This document shows positions 1 to 12,394 of a stretch of DNA of 64,000 bases, piece by piece (within the stretch, counting starts at the first letter, position 1; each line of letters begins with the position of its first letter). Location: positions 84,196,001 through 84,260,000 of the forward strand of contig NC_042998.1 in NCBI RefSeq assembly GCF_006345805.1, in the 5' to 3' direction. The notes under the pieces are model-generated. The model saw only the letters and a list, made by a program, of their open reading frames with translations, was not told the DNA's origin and searched no databases. The position numbers and the translations under genes are program-made. The stretch is from Octopus sinensis. Taxonomy: Eukaryota.

Positions 1-1
1 G

Positions 2-630
2 TGCAAGGAAACAGAAGTGGATATCAAGGAATTCGGAAGACACAAAGAAGAAATGAACCGAGATGGGTTCGAAGTGAAGCTGTCGCCCCCGCAAGAGGTT
101 AAAAACGGAATAAGGGAAAAGGCGATAATCTATCGAAACTTTTCGATAAATAAAGAAAGAATAAACGTCGCCACGACAGAACAAATAGAAAAGGCGTGAA
201 AGCAGATTTGGGAAGACATAATATACCTGACTAGAGGCTCAACATTTGGAACAGTTGAAGGAAGGTTTCGTAATGCAGTAGCAGCAAGGAAACATGCAGC
301 GTCGACAATTCGGAGTGATGAAGTGGTGCTTTTGCCCATGTATAGAGGCATGAGAGCAATAAGGGTCTTGGTTGAAGGAATCCCACCAGAGATTGATGTG
401 ACCTGGGTGGCAGATGCGGTCCACTTTAGTAATGAGGACAACATAGTGGTACTCCAGGCCAAGAAAAAAGATTGCGTCAACTGGAGAGGTCAATCACTAG
501 AGATGATAGTCCAGGGTTCAAAAGAAATGATGGAAAAGATTACGGAAACAATAATTATGAAAGAAACAATTATGACTGTCAGGGTGGAAGGAAGAGTGCC
601 ACGCTGCTTTAAATGTAGCCTGAAGGGACA
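2..630 (+). pseudogene. 5' part of a degenerate ORF1/gag-like zinc-knuckle gene, interrupted by the Gypsy insertion
   Basis: ORFs 17-199 and 323-655 are in the same frame, separated by a single TGA (197-199). The frame ends in ...EGRVPRCFKCSLKGH at the insertion point. It continues after the element as HIRAEC, completing CX2CX4HX4C. Confidence 0.7.
627..630. repeat. 4-bp target-site duplication GACA (second copy 6502-6505)
   Basis: GACA immediately precedes LTR start 631 and immediately follows LTR end 6501. Confidence 0.9.
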
Positions 631-1209
631 TGTAGTGGATGCGTGGATGTATTAATAAATACATAAGTGCTTTGTAATAAATTAAAGATTTATTATCACT
701 ACATCAATTTGTAAGCAATGTTACACATCGCTTGTACAAAATGCATATTAAATAGTGGTTGCAAATAATACATATTAAAGGAATGCATAATACAGGATAC
801 ACATTAAAGCAGTATATGTTTGATGGTGTGTGTGTGTGTGTAAATCATGCATGACAGAGTCACCTTTCTGATTATTCTTTCGTCGTCCTCATAAATGCGT
901 GGCGTTCTCTTAAACGTTGGTTCGGGTTCTCTCCAGATACCTATTTCTCCGTTCTATTTATAACATCTCAAATAGCCAGAAAAATAGATATACCGCAAGA
1001 GTGTTATTGCGTACAGTAGGTCGCTGGTCGTCCTGTTAAACTTCGCCTGACCTGCTCGGGTCAGAGGTCGAAGGGAGACGATCCATCATTTTTTGTCAGA
1101 ACAAAGAGATTCTGATTTCGCGCCTTTTTGTGCATTGGTATTTTACGACCAATGATTCTTGGGTCTGATTTCGAATCCAAGCTTTGAGAAGGAAGTGCTA
1201 ATTCTTACA
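631..1209 (-). repeat. 3' LTR (579 bp)
   Basis: Matches 5917-6501 except for 2 substitutions and (GT)8 versus (GT)11 (by eye). Termini are TGTAG...TTACA. Confidence 0.97.
689..694 (-). terminator. Putative LTR polyadenylation signal AATAAA (5' LTR copy at 5975-5980)
   Basis: TTTATT on the plus strand, near the distal end of the LTR in element orientation. Motif and position only. Confidence 0.4.
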
Positions 1210-1222
1210 CTACCCCCCTTCT
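1210..1222 (-). other. Polypurine tract
   Basis: AGAAGGGGGGTAG on the minus strand abuts the 3' LTR. Confidence 0.85.
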
Positions 1223-1779
1223 AGTGAGAAAGCCACAGAGATCGAACGATATTGGAAATGTATTATTATTATTATTTTTATTATTTTTTTTTTTTTTGAT
1301 TGTGTGCATGTAGAAAAAAATTTTTTTTACACATTGAACGATAAAAATATGGATGAAAGGTTTACAATTTGTATGTGCTATATGGTGGGCAATATGTATA
1401 TGTGCCCAGGCAGAATTATGTTGGCGCGTTGAAAGAGATGTGCGTCTATTGATTACTCGACCTACTAGAGGTCTAATAGAGACAAGGTATCTTTCAGTGG
1501 CGAAAAAAAAAATCGAGTGATAGCACGCATGAGAACAAGATTTGTAAATGTGTGTGGATATACAGTTAGCAAAAAAATATATTTATGAGAAAGCAAACAT
1601 TTTGAAGAGAAAACAAAAAATATGTACATGCAAAAATGAAAGAAATGTTCATCGGCAAAGTTCGATTTTGAAATGTTCCGTAAAAGTTCATACAGACAGT
1701 TTTTGTTTTCATTTTTTTTTTCTTTACGTACACAAATGTTCTTTGATTTCTCTGGGTGGGTGATGCAGTTATGTGTTCA

Positions 1780-4700
1780 TTAGGAAGATGGATACGTTAG
1801 GAGTTCAGAACTTACCCGAAAAACTTGCACAAACCTTGCTGGCCATCGAACTGTTCTTCCTGATTTGGTGTGTCGGGGTTGTGCAGCATCTGTGGTGTTC
1901 GCTGGAGTTGCCGAGTCTGTTTGAGGAAAAGAGGGGACTGAATGTAAGTCCTCCTCGATGAAAGCTTTTTTTAAACGATCAATCGAGACCGTATTTCGTT
2001 TACCTCCAATATCGAGGACGAAATACTTGGGTTCTCTTTTGATGACCTTGTAGGGCCCGGAATATGGTGGTCGAAGTTGAGAGGGTATCCCATCATTCCT
2101 CACGAAGACATGAGTCCATGTGTTGATATCTTTTGGGACACGTGAAACGACGTTCTGTTGTCTGGGGCCTGAGGGTGATACTTGCGACATGGATGTTCGT
2201 AATCGGTGCACATATTGTTGTGGGTCAGGGAAGTTTTGTGAAACAGGTTCGATCATCTGCCCAGGTAAGGTGAGTGTTGTGCCATAAACGAGTTCGGCCG
2301 GAGTATATCCCAGTTCTTCCTTAATCGTGGATCGAATTCCAAGGAGGATGAGAGGGAGATGTTCCAACCAGTGAGAACTGTCTGGAGCTGCTTTTATAGA
2401 TGCCTTGAGTTGGCGGTGAAAGCGTTCCACCATGCCATTTGCTGCAGGGTGGTAAGCTGTAGTGCGGGTGTGTTTACACCCGAGGAGACGAGTCAGCTCG
2501 GTGAAAAGGTGGGAATCGAACTGACGTCCTCTGTCGGTGGTAATTGTTGCGGGTGTGCCAAAACGCGAAACCCATTGTGATATCAGCGTTTTAGCGACCG
2601 TTTCTGCTGATATATCAGATAGGGGCCAGGCTTCGGGCCATCGCGAGAACCTATCTACGCAAGTTAGCAAATATGAATAGTTCTGCGAAGGTGGCAGGGG
2701 TCCAACGATATCAATGTGAACGTGCTGAAATCGTGCATCGGGCTGCGAAAATGAACCGATTGGTGATTTTATGTGCCGGTGGATTTTCGCTTTTTGGCAC
2801 GCAACACAGCACTTGGTCCATTCTCTGATATCCTTGTTGATACTGGTCCACACAAAACGGGTCGATATTAGCTTTTGAGTGGAGCGAATACCAGGATGTG
2901 ACAGAGAATGTAGAGCGGAGAAAACTTCTCGACGATATTTCTGTGGTACATAAGGGCGTTGGTAACCAGTGGAAATATCACACCAAATATGGGCTGTGGA
3001 TGATGGTAGTGGAACATGCTGAAATTTCAGAGATGACGAATTCCGGAGCTTTAGAAGTTCTTCGTCATTCTCCTGGTCAGCTGCTATACGTGCCAGATCA
3101 ATTGTAGACGTGGTGTGGATAGCATTGATCTGCGCACGTGAAAGTGCATCGGCTGCCACGTTGGTCGTCCCTTTGATGTGGCGTATATCCGTCGTGTACT
3201 GCGATATGAAGTCGAGGTGACGAATTTCTCTCGGCGAATGGCGATCCGGTTTGGTGTTAAATGCGTATACTAATGGCTTGTGGTCGGTATATATGGCAAA
3301 ATTGGTACCTTCTAGCATATGACGGAAATGCTTAACGGCCAGGTATGCCGCCAATAATTCCCGACTGAATGTGCTGTATTTGGTTTCCGCGGGTTTTAAC
3401 CGCTTAGAAAAGAAAGACAACGGTTGCCATATACCGTCAACAAGCTGTTGTAGCACACCTCCGATTCCGGAATCGGATGCATCAACGAGTAAACATCGTG
3501 GGGCGTCTGGTTTTGGATAAACCAACATGGTAGCGCTAGATAACGCTTTTTTCAGGGCAGCGAAAGAAACGAGTTGATCTTCGGTCAGAGCTATATCTGC
3601 GTTTTTGCAGGTTCGCTGACGTAGCAAATCCGTGAGCGGTTGCGCTATTTCAGCGAGGTGGGGCACGAACCGTCGATAGAAATTCGCTAGACCGAGATAT
3701 TCCCTTAATTTGCGGAGAGATGTGGGTGGTGGAAAATCCACGATGGCCTTGACTTTCTCGGGAAGGGGACGAATTCCATTTTTATCGACTATATGGCCGA
3801 GAAAATGAAGGGAAGCAACTCCGAACAAACATTTGGTAGGGTTGATAACAATTCCAAATTGACGTAGTCGTCCGAATAGCAGGTGAAGGTGTTGATTATG
3901 CTCTTCGTCCGAGTTACTGGCCACGAGTATGTCGTCTATGTAGGCATAGACGAAAGGCAAACCTCTAGTCACCATGTCGATAAACCTTTGGAATGTCTGT
4001 GCCGCGTTTCGTAAACCGAAAGGCATACGCAGGAATTCAAACATTCCGAAAGGTGTAGTCACTGCTGTCTTTGAGATGTCTGCAGGTTCGACTGGGATTT
4101 GGTTGTATGCTCGCACCAGGTCGATTTTTGAAAAGATGCGAGCTCCATGCAGCGAGCTCGAAAAGTCCTGAAGAAAAGGCACCGGATAGGCATCACTGAT
4201 AGTGCTTTTATTCAGTGATCGATAATCGCCGCAAACCCGCCAATCGGTCGATGATTTTTTTGGGACGCAGTGTATCGGCGAGGACCAGTTGCTGCTGGAA
4301 ACGCGGATGATTCCGAGGTCGAGCATGTGCTGGAATTCCCGCTTGACGGCCTGGAGACGATCAGGTGGTAACCTTCTGGGCCTTGCAGCAACAGGTGGAC
4401 CGCTGGTTTTGATGTGGTGGGTAACGTCGTGCTTTATCGGCTGGTTATGAAAAACTGGCCGGGCGACATCTGGATAATCATTCAGGATGGAACTGTGACG
4501 AGTCGTTGTCGTAAGCATTACAGTTGGGCTGACTGTGTCCATTCGAGCGGCTATACCGCGCACAGTAAGCTTGGTGGTGGTGTCGACAAGTCGTCTGTTC
4601 TTTATGTCTACCAGGAGACCGAAATGATGCAGGAAATCGGCTCCTAAGATAGGGGTCGGCAGTTTAGCGACGACGAATACCCACTGAAATGTGCGGCGTA

Positions 4701-4947
4701 GTCCTATGTTTAATGTTAGGGACTGTTCACCGTAGGTTGGAATGGGTGAATGGTTGACTGCCTGAAGACAGACTGATGTCTCTTTTCTTTTTCCAGAAGT
4801 GTTGGAGACTGGGATGATGCTGACTTCCGCACCTGTGTCAACCAGGAAACGCGTGCCTGTTACACGATCGCAAACGAAAAACAGGCGACTGTGTGGGTGC
4901 GAACCAGGAACTTCCGTCGCGTTCAATTCCTGGCTGTGCCGTTTCCC
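1780..4947 (-). CDS. pol: Gypsy Pol (protease, RT, RNase H, integrase), probably expressed as a Gag-Pol fusion via -1 frameshift
   Basis: Open frame 1780-5022 with LVDTGA (protease), YIDD (RT), VDAS (RNase H), H-x4-HPG...CVAC (IN zinc motif), HIDIVGP/TTDRG/NGMVER (DDE) and PPYSGPY (GPY/F). No stops. Confidence 0.95.
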   Translation of the reverse strand, partial: GKRHSQELNATEVPGSHPHSRLFFVCDRVTGTRFLVDTGAEVSIIPVSNTSGKRKETSVCLQAVNHSPIPTYGEQSLTLNIGLRRTFQWVFVVAKLPTPILGADFLHHFGLLVDIKNRRLVDTTTKLTVRGIAARMDTVSPTVMLTTTTRHSSILNDYPDVARPVFHNQPIKHDVTHHIKTSGPPVAARPRRLPPDRLQAVKREFQHMLDLGIIRVSSSNWSSPIHCVPKKSSTDWRVCGDYRSLNKSTISDAYPVPFLQDFSSSLHGARIFSKIDLVRAYNQIPVEPADISKTAVTTPFGMFEFLRMPFGLRNAAQTFQRFIDMVTRGLPFVYAYIDDILVASNSDEEHNQHLHLLFGRLRQFGIVINPTKCLFGVASLHFLGHIVDKNGIRPLPEKVKAIVDFPPPTSLRKLREYLGLANFYRRFVPHLAEIAQPLTDLLRQRTCKNADIALTEDQLVSFAALKKALSSATMLVYPKPDAPRCLLVDASDSGIGGVLQQLVDGIWQPLSFFSKRLKPAETKYSTFSRELLAAYLAVKHFRHMLEGTNFAIYTDHKPLVYAFNTKPDRHSPREIRHLDFISQYTTDIRHIKGTTNVAADALSRAQINAIHTTSTIDLARIAADQENDEELLKLRNSSSLKFQHVPLPSSTAHIWCDISTGYQRPYVPQKYRREVFSALHSLSHPGIRSTQKLISTRFVWTSINKDIREWTKCCVACQKAKIHRHIKSPIGSFSQPDARFQHVHIDIVGPLPPSQNYSYLLTCVDRFSRWPEAWPLSDISAETVAKTLISQWVSRFGTPATITTDRGRQFDSHLFTELTRLLGCKHTRTTAYHPAANGMVERFHRQLKASIKAAPDSSHWLEHLPLILLGIRSTIKEELGYTPAELVYGTTLTLPGQMIEPVSQNFPDPQQYVHRLRTSMSQVSPSGPRQQNVVSRVPKDINTWTHVFVRNDGIPSQLRPPYSGPYKVIKREPKYFVLDIGGKRNTVSIDRLKKAFIEEDLHSVPSFPQTDSATPANTTDAAQPRHTKSGRTVRWPARFVQVFRVSSELLTYPSS
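4885..4947 (-). promoter_or_regulatory. -1 ribosomal frameshift signal: G GGA AAC heptamer plus predicted H-type pseudoknot
   Basis: The heptamer (plus 4941-4947) is in the gag frame and pol is in the -1 frame. After a 6-nt spacer come stem 1 GCCAGGAA/TTCCTGGT and stem 2 GCGAC/GTCGC. Confidence 0.75.
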
Positions 4948-5798
4948 GAACTGGGTGAGGAAAACGAGCACGGTACCGTACATTTTTGTGCCCGTGTTCC
5001 GAATGTTCGGTGGTACCAACACGTGTCATGTGAGTTTCGGGTAGCACTGGGGCTTCGAGACCGTCTGCCATCTCGTCGAGATCGGCTGGTGCTTCGACGC
5101 TGGGGACTAAACTTTAGGGCTTGTATTTGGGCTGTGAGAATTTGTATTTGCGCAGCTTGCTGCGTCATTAATGCACGCAAATCCGAAATCTCTGAAGAAC
5201 TGGTTTGTGCACGGAAAGGATTGGTACTGGGAGCGGCTGGCGTCACCGTCGATACCGTTGGATATCTGTGCGGTACTTCGGCTATTTTGTCAGCTAGCTC
5301 CGCCAGTTCTTCAAGGGATGTGTTTTCTCTGGTGGACGCGAGAACAACCTGGGTATTGGAGGGCAGACGCTGGAGAAAAAGTTGCTTGAAGATTTTTTCT
5401 GGGAGCGTCTCATCTCCGAGAAGCTGTTTCATTCTCCGAAGAAGCTGGGACGGCGTTTTGTCACCCAATTCTTCCGATATCAGAAGCTGGTGAAGTCTTT
5501 TTTGTTGGGATTCTGAGGTTCTGTTTATTAACGTGGTTTTAAAAACTTCATATGAAACAGAACCGGGTGGTGCCATGATAAGGTCGCGTATCACGTTCGT
5601 TATTTCTGGTGACAGAGAACTGATAACGTGAGAAAGTCGAGCCGCATCGCTCGATATTCTGTGAGAGGCAAACTGTGCCTCTATATGGTGAAACCACAAT
5701 GTCGGGTCGTGGGTCCAGAATGGTGGAATTTTTAACGAGATCGCCGCTTGGAATGCCATGTCGATGTTGGCCGCTGGGTTTTGTTCCGGGAGATTCAT
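4923..5798 (-). CDS. gag: Gypsy Gag-like protein (291 aa)
   Basis: ATG at 5796-5798. N-terminal [21 protein letters not shown] and C-terminal [18 protein letters not shown] motifs are typical of this Gypsy group. Confidence 0.92.
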   Translation of the reverse strand: MNLPEQNPAANIDMAFQAAISLKIPPFWTHDPTLWFHHIEAQFASHRISSDAARLSHVISSLSPEITNVIRDLIMAPPGSVSYEVFKTTLINRTSESQQKRLHQLLISEELGDKTPSQLLRRMKQLLGDETLPEKIFKQLFLQRLPSNTQVVLASTRENTSLEELAELADKIAEVPHRYPTVSTVTPAAPSTNPFRAQTSSSEISDLRALMTQQAAQIQILTAQIQALKFSPQRRSTSRSRRDGRRSRSPSATRNSHDTCWYHRTFGTRAQKCTVPCSFSSPSSGNGTARN

Positions 5799-5903
5799 TG
5801 TTTTCGTCGGAATTTTCAGTTGCTTCGTTGCTGGTGATGTGCAAACTGTAATTCTTCGACGCGGTTGATGAAGCTGGTTCCAGGGAAGGCGCGATTCGTT
5901 TTA

Positions 5904-5914
5904 CGGGGTCACCA
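5904..5914 (-). other. Primer-binding site complementary to the tRNA-Trp 3' end
   Basis: TGGTGACCCCG lies 2 nt after the 5' LTR. Animal tRNA-Trp ends ...CGGGGUCACCA (recalled sequence). Confidence 0.8.
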
Positions 5915-5916
5915 AA

Positions 5917-6501
5917 TGTAGTGGATGCGTGGATGTATTAATAAATACATAAGTGCTTTGTAATAAATTAAAGATTTATTATCACTACATCAATTTGTAA
6001 GCAATGTTACACATCGCTTGTACAAAATGCATATTAAATAGTGGTTGCAAATAATACATATTAAAGGAATGCATAATACAGGATACACATTAAAGCAGAA
6101 TATGTTTGATGGTGTGTGTGTGTGTGTGTGTGTAAATCATGCATGACAGAGTCACCTTTCTGATTATTCTTTCGTCGTCCTCATAAATGCGTGGCGTTCT
6201 CTTAAACGTTGGTTCGGGTTCTCTCTAGATACCTATTTCTCCGTTCTATTTATAACATCTCAAATAGCCAGAAAAATAGATATACCGCAAGAGTGTTATT
6301 GCGTACAGTAGGTCGCTGGTCGTCCTGTTAAACTTCGCCTGACCTGCTCGGGTCAGAGGTCGAAGGGAGACGATCCATCATTTTTTGTCAGAACAAAGAG
6401 ATTCTGATTTCGCGCCTTTTTGTGCATTGGTATTTTACGACCAATGATTCTTGGGTCTGATTTCGAATCCAAGCTTTGAGAAGGAAGTGCTAATTCTTAC
6501 A
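5917..6501 (-). repeat. 5' LTR (585 bp)
   Basis: Near-identical to 631-1209. Contains TATAAATA (plus 6247-6254) and an upstream CCAAT on the minus strand. Confidence 0.97.
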
Positions 6502-7080
6502 GACACATAAGAGCAGAATGTACATCAAAGCCAAGAAAACCAAAGGAAAAGCGACCAGAAAATACGGAAGAGAAGATAGAAGAGAGCCACAGAAAGGAAG
6601 TAACCGAAAAAGAAAACCAAGTAGCAGAAATAGAAAAAAATAAATGGGAAAATGTGACAGGAAGAAAAAGAAAAAGGGCAAGTGAACTGTAAACCCCATT
6701 CCACCACACCCTCTCGGACCCATCCGACACAAAAACAAGAGGTAAACACATACAAAGAAACCCCAAACCCCTCCCCCAAGTCAAAAGAGAGAAGGGAAAA
6801 GTGTAGGATTTGTACGTTGCTTAGCGACGAACTGCTAAGGGATTCGGCGGAATGGGACATAAAGTGCATTGGAACTAAGGGGTATGATAACGTGGAGGAA
6901 TATCACTTGTATGTAATACCAGATAAGAAGCAGGAGGAAAAAATACAAGAGTATATGGTTGGATTTTATTTTTGGGGGGTGGACTGCAGCTGGAGCTCAT
7001 CCCCAGACTTTACTACGTACGATAGGTGGTTAGAGGAAACAGGTATCGATGTGTTGGAAGGTTCAAGATTTAAAAAGTAG
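6502..7080 (+). pseudogene. 3' part of the degenerate zinc-knuckle ORF
   Basis: Resumes as HIRAECTSKPRKPKEK... into a Lys/Glu-rich linker. There is an apparent frameshift near 6685-6692, then the 6682-7080 frame ends ...EGSRFKK*. AATAAA at 7232-7237. Confidence 0.6.
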
Positions 7081-10000
7081 AAAATGAGGCCATTCGTAAG
7101 TGGGGCGAGTGGTTCCATTTCCATTTTTCATATTCACGTCTTCATACATTATAATATTCATTTCTATTTTTTATATATGTTTTATGTTCCACATGTTTTG
7201 TTTTGTCACTTCTATGTTAGCCCGCATAGCTAATAAAAAAACAGATCCTTATTATATGGCTTATACTGTGAAGTGTATAATGCGGGAGGGGGGTTCAGGA
7301 TTTTTTTTATTTATGTTGCCCAAAAGTTTCGAAAAAATACAATATATAAGGTGGGAAACGCGATTCGTTACAAATGGACACATTTTTATGTATTCTAACT
7401 TTGCTGTAGCAGACCATATGCATATGAAACAGTAATGCTGTGAAACTGCTGGAAATAAACCTTGGTCCCGACTTTTTTGGTGTCGGCTCGACTAGAAAGG
7501 GTGTTGTCTGGGCAACTAGGGCAATACCCCAACATTCGCCACTGTAATGTGTTGAAGAGGTATAATAATAACGAAACATGTTTGCAGTTATTTCCCATGC
7601 TTGTCGGAATTATAAGCCATTGATACTAATTAGTCTTTTCCTTGATGCATTTGTATTTCTTTTCGGGCATTTAATGATCACACATTAAATATGTTGTCAC
7701 TAAACCATTATTTTTGGTGCAGGTGTTGTTTCTTAGTAATTAACATCACTGATTTATCGTGTTATCTTTATCTTACGTTGCAAATTCAAATCTTGACAAA
7801 GCAAACTTCCAGCTTTCTGGGATTAGTGAAATAGGTTGAGTGAGATATGTTGTTGTCGGATAGCAAAGAGCGGAAACAAATGCGACAAAGTGCTTGGTCC
7901 GTCACTTTAATATTCCACTCCTCTGGATTTTTACTTTATTAACCACCTGAGGAATAAAAGGTAACAACTGATCTTGGTAGGATTTGAACTGAATATCATA
8001 AGGAATACAGAAAAGCATTATAGCCCGCTTCCGCCGATTCTTTAACGATTCTATCAATTCACCGCTATTGGGTCTTTCTAAGGCCAATAATATTGGTTTC
8101 AAATTTTGGCACAAAGCTATTTAAGTACCAGTGATACACTGGCCTGATTTATTCGAGTACTAAGTTAAAAAGAAATTAATATGTTCTAATAAAAATATAT
8201 TATTGTCTTTCACTCTTCTTCTTCAGCATCTTTGTGTGTGTGTGGAGGGACAACAGTTGACTAAGTTAAAAGACACCTCTCATTCGCAATGTCTGCTTTA
8301 TTACGTTAGGAAAGTTAAATAAATACAACTAAAAGCAGTTTAAAGTTTCGAGGCAATAAACAAACATTATTCTGAATCAGACTGTTGCTCAAGTGAATCT
8401 AATGACCCAGTCTTCAGAGACAATACTAGCAGTAGGATTTACTAATCCCTGTTAGCCTTATTCACTTGGCGAGAACTGACAGATAACGAAGTACAATTCT
8501 ACAAACTCAGTCGGTTCGGTGCGGTAGAAGTAGAGAAAAAAAACGTGTTTGTATATGTATAACGGATGTGTATATATGCGTGTGTACAGCTTATGAGCTT
8601 TCTTCGCTAAATGTATCGCTCCATTTTATTGGCTCGACGTTTTTATGTTGATGTCGACTGCATGTTCAGACATGGGATCTGGTTTGAGTGGAATTATGGA
8701 AGTGGCGCTACTGTCACCGCCACCACCATCATCACTACCAACATCATCATCACAATTATTATAAATACTATTATTTATACTTTTATCATTCATTCGTCAA
8801 CCAAATTAGATTTTTATTATTTTTTTCTCTAGTCTGACATCATCCACATAAAATCCTGTTGCTATAGAGCAATAATGTAAAATACTCGTTATTACCATTA
8901 TACAACTTTATAATAGTTAGAAGAAAGTTTCTGGACGTTTAAAATCTTCATAAATTTCAATTTTTTAAAAAACTTTATCAGTATTAATTATTAAGTTACC
9001 ATTTTATTTTACTTTATCTGCTTTTTTGTCTTTCTCCTTCGGAATTTGTAATGTCAGGAAACTGAGCCCAAAACAAAAAGGTAAGGATTTCTGTTTTTAT
9101 AACGTTTATTCATTTATAATGGTTAGTTGAGGAAGCTGACTCTACAAAATCGAAATGTTCTCGTGTTCTTGTAACTACAACAAATAAAAAATGTTACTTC
9201 TTTAATAAACTTAGAGGCCTGACTACATGTAAGCTTGGGGGAGATGATGAAAAGAAAATCTGCTTTAAAAGATAAGAAAGAACAGAACGGGTGGAGGAAT
9301 TGACGTACGTTATTGTCAGGAACGTAGCACAAGTAAATCAAAGGGTCAGTCTTCGGAGACGCAACAGTCGCTTTGCTGAAAATGAGGGTCCCTAACCTGT
9401 GGTTCTCGAGCTACATTGATATCTAATGCATTTATTTTACTGACTTTTAAAGAAATATAATATTACATCATTCAGCTTTATTTTTTCCCTATGCTATTTT
9501 GGTCGTCCGCATTTGAGTTCGGAGAATTATTTCCTGCAGTTGTGAAAATGTTTAAGGATTTTTTTTTATCAGCTCGAGATAGCAACAACAACAAAGCGTT
9601 TTACAGCTGAACCAAACACAACATTGTTGCCATTTAACAAACATATCAGCTGGAGAGCCATGGCGTGTTTGTATGTATCTCTTTCTCTCTCTCTCTGTAA
9701 TTGTATGTATATCTCTCTACGTGTGTGTGTGTGTCAGGTTGACTCCCTGTCTCTTTCTACATGTGTGTTTCTCCCTCTCCGCCAGTCTCCCTTTCTGACT
9801 TTACGTGTTTGTATTTCTCTGCGTGTGTCGTTCTCTATCTATCTATCTATCTCTTTGCAAGTCTTTGTCTCTCCATTACATGTGTTTTTGTGTGTCTGTC
9901 TCCATGCGTGTGTGCCTTCTCTATCACTCTCCAACTCTCTCCCTTCCTCTCTCTACCTGAGTCTGTGTGGTCCTCTTCGCTGTTACTATAACAACCACCC

Positions 10001-10969
10001 ATGGATTGAATGAAAGTTAATATTACTCAATTTTCTCTTACTATTTAGACCACACACGTACACTCCATCACACCTACAGAACATATATATATATATACAC
10101 ACAGGTTTTGTTTTGTGATGTAGCCTTTTTTAGTACCTTATAACAATTATTGGAGATGTTTTTTTTCAAATAATTTTGACATTCTGAGATGTTTGTTTTC
10201 TTGAAGAAGGAAAATAAGGTAAAAAAAAATATATTCAGATGTAAGACACACTGACCGATTCCACCAAAATTTTCAAAAGTGAGCTCGAAATAATTTTATT
10301 TACTTTGTCTATTTAATTTCTTTACCTTGTGTAAAAAAAAAAAATTAAACTGAAATTACATTTTTTTTTAAGCTAATTCAAAAATGTCTTTTTAAAAATA
10401 TTCCATGCAAAAAGATGGGTTTTTTTCTATTGCAGGATAGTCTTAGAATTTCGGGCGAACAGGGAGCTTAGGAATATAGGTGAATTATTTAAGGAATATA
10501 CTTATCAATGAAATTGATAAAGAATATGAAAAATTTTTTTTTTTTTTTTTTTGACAAAAAATATTAAATATCCGTAAGTTTCCTTCTGTAAAGCAGATTA
10601 TAATACATCAGTTCGGATGATATTCCTAAATATCTGAGTTCGCGTTCTGGATCAGCAAAGTAAGGTTTACAAGTTCACGTTTTCATTATATATATATATA
10701 TAAATCTTTAGTCATGTAGCTTATTTCATTGCATTAATGCCCGTGTAAGGATATAAAAAAGATCAGTATTATTTACTCCCATCTAACGTTACCATCTTTC
10801 ATTACTTGCGAAAGTAGTAGTAGTAGTAGTAGTAGTGATTTGTGGGGACAACAGAAGTTTAATATTTGTCATATATATTAGGAAATTCTTCCCAGGATAG
10901 CCACTAAGTACAGGTATCTTCCACTCAGCACTTCAACACATTCAGATCATTAGGTCCAAAATCGCTGTA

Positions 10970-11002
<33 letters not shown>

Positions 11003-12339
11003 TCCATCAATTGTTTTGGATCTTCTGTTACTTTCTTTATAACTTGTACTAATTTTTTTTCTTTTCAGTAGATCATTATTAGTTTCTCTTTATTCCTCTC
11101 CAGTTTTGTGTGTGTGTGCGGGCACGCTCTTTATTATTTTTTTTTACTGCTAGGATTCTATGCCCTATATTTATGGCCAGCCTTAGTTATGCTAGTGCCC
11201 CGAGGGAAGCAGAGTTTTGGTACTCTTTGAAATATAATTTTGAAATATTTTCGCATCTTTATAACAACCACAGATGTAGAAATAAATTAATCATTTTCAT
11301 CATGAACATCATAACCTTTATTTTTCCATGCTTGTGTGAATCAGAAGAACTTTGATGGTGCCAATGTTCTATGGGCAGATGGCCGTTTTGCTGCCAACCC
11401 TTAAACAAGTTAATAGCTGGAATATTGTTAGCAAATACTTGCTTTTGTGTTGTGACATTGTATGCTGATACAATGTCAAGACAGGGAGATACAAACACAC
11501 ATTCTCACACACACATTCATATTACTTGGTGACTTTGCTGGTGCCACATAAAAAAAACATCCATTACACTATGTAAAGTGACTGGCTGTAGGAAGGACAT
11601 CCACCCATAGAAACCATGTCAAAGCAGATAGCAGAGCTTGGTGCGGTCTTCTGGCTCACCAGCTGCTGTCAAACCATCCCACCCATTCCAGAATGGAAGG
11701 CAGACAGTAAATGATATATATATATATCATTTTTAGTAAAACATAAATCTGGAGAAACACACTCTAAGAAGTCTTATGATCTGATGATACACTATAAAGT
11801 TAAACCCTTTATGGACAGGAAACCCTAGGTATCCATAAACCTGCCTTCACCAGGAATATAATATATTATATATATATAATATATATATATATTATATATA
11901 TAAACAAACATATATATACAAGTAAGTGGACAAATAAAAGAAGGGCACTCAACCAATTTATTGCGAGTTAAATGTATGGATCAAAACAGTTTGATTCAAG
12001 AGTTCCAACGAATTTGAATCAAACCGTTTTGATCCATTGCATGAAAATGATAAATTTATTTCTACGTCTGTGGTTGTTATACACATGCAAAAATATATTA
12101 AAATTATATTTCAAAGAGGACCAAAACTCTGCTTTCCTTGAGGCACTAGCATTTTTCTAACTCACTCTGAAAAAAAAAAATTTTATATATACACATGCTG
12201 ATATATGACCTACGTTGGACTCCTTAATTGCATAATCACCGAACCTGGAGCTTAACTATGGTCTATCCATAGCACTTATTCAACATTACCTGATACCTTT
12301 GGGTTTTATCGACACCATTCCACTCCTAACATCTATATA

Positions 12340-12394
<55 letters not shown>

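Larger units (their letters stand above)
631..6501 (-). mobile_element. Full-length Ty3/Gypsy LTR retrotransposon
   Basis: Two TG...CA LTRs, TSD, PBS, PPT, an open gag and an open pol with domain order PR-RT-RNaseH-IN. Confidence 0.97.

Noticed and set aside
1223-1779. Possible env-like third ORF or captured gene between pol and the PPT
   Set aside because: No minus-strand ORF; only AT-rich sequence with an internal A-tract. The short plus-strand ORF (1548-1763) has no recognisable motif.
6180-6200. Hammerhead-like string in the LTR (minus ATGAGGACGACGAAAG)
   Set aside because: No CUGANGA core and no paired stem II.
6490-6869. Hydrophobic minus-strand ORFs
   Set aside because: These are antisense shadows of the purine-rich linker of the zinc-knuckle ORF.
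7902-8114. 70-aa minus-strand ORF in the CpG-retaining zone
   Set aside because: No ATG start, no recognisable motif, and no consistent exon chain. It cannot be supported without a search.
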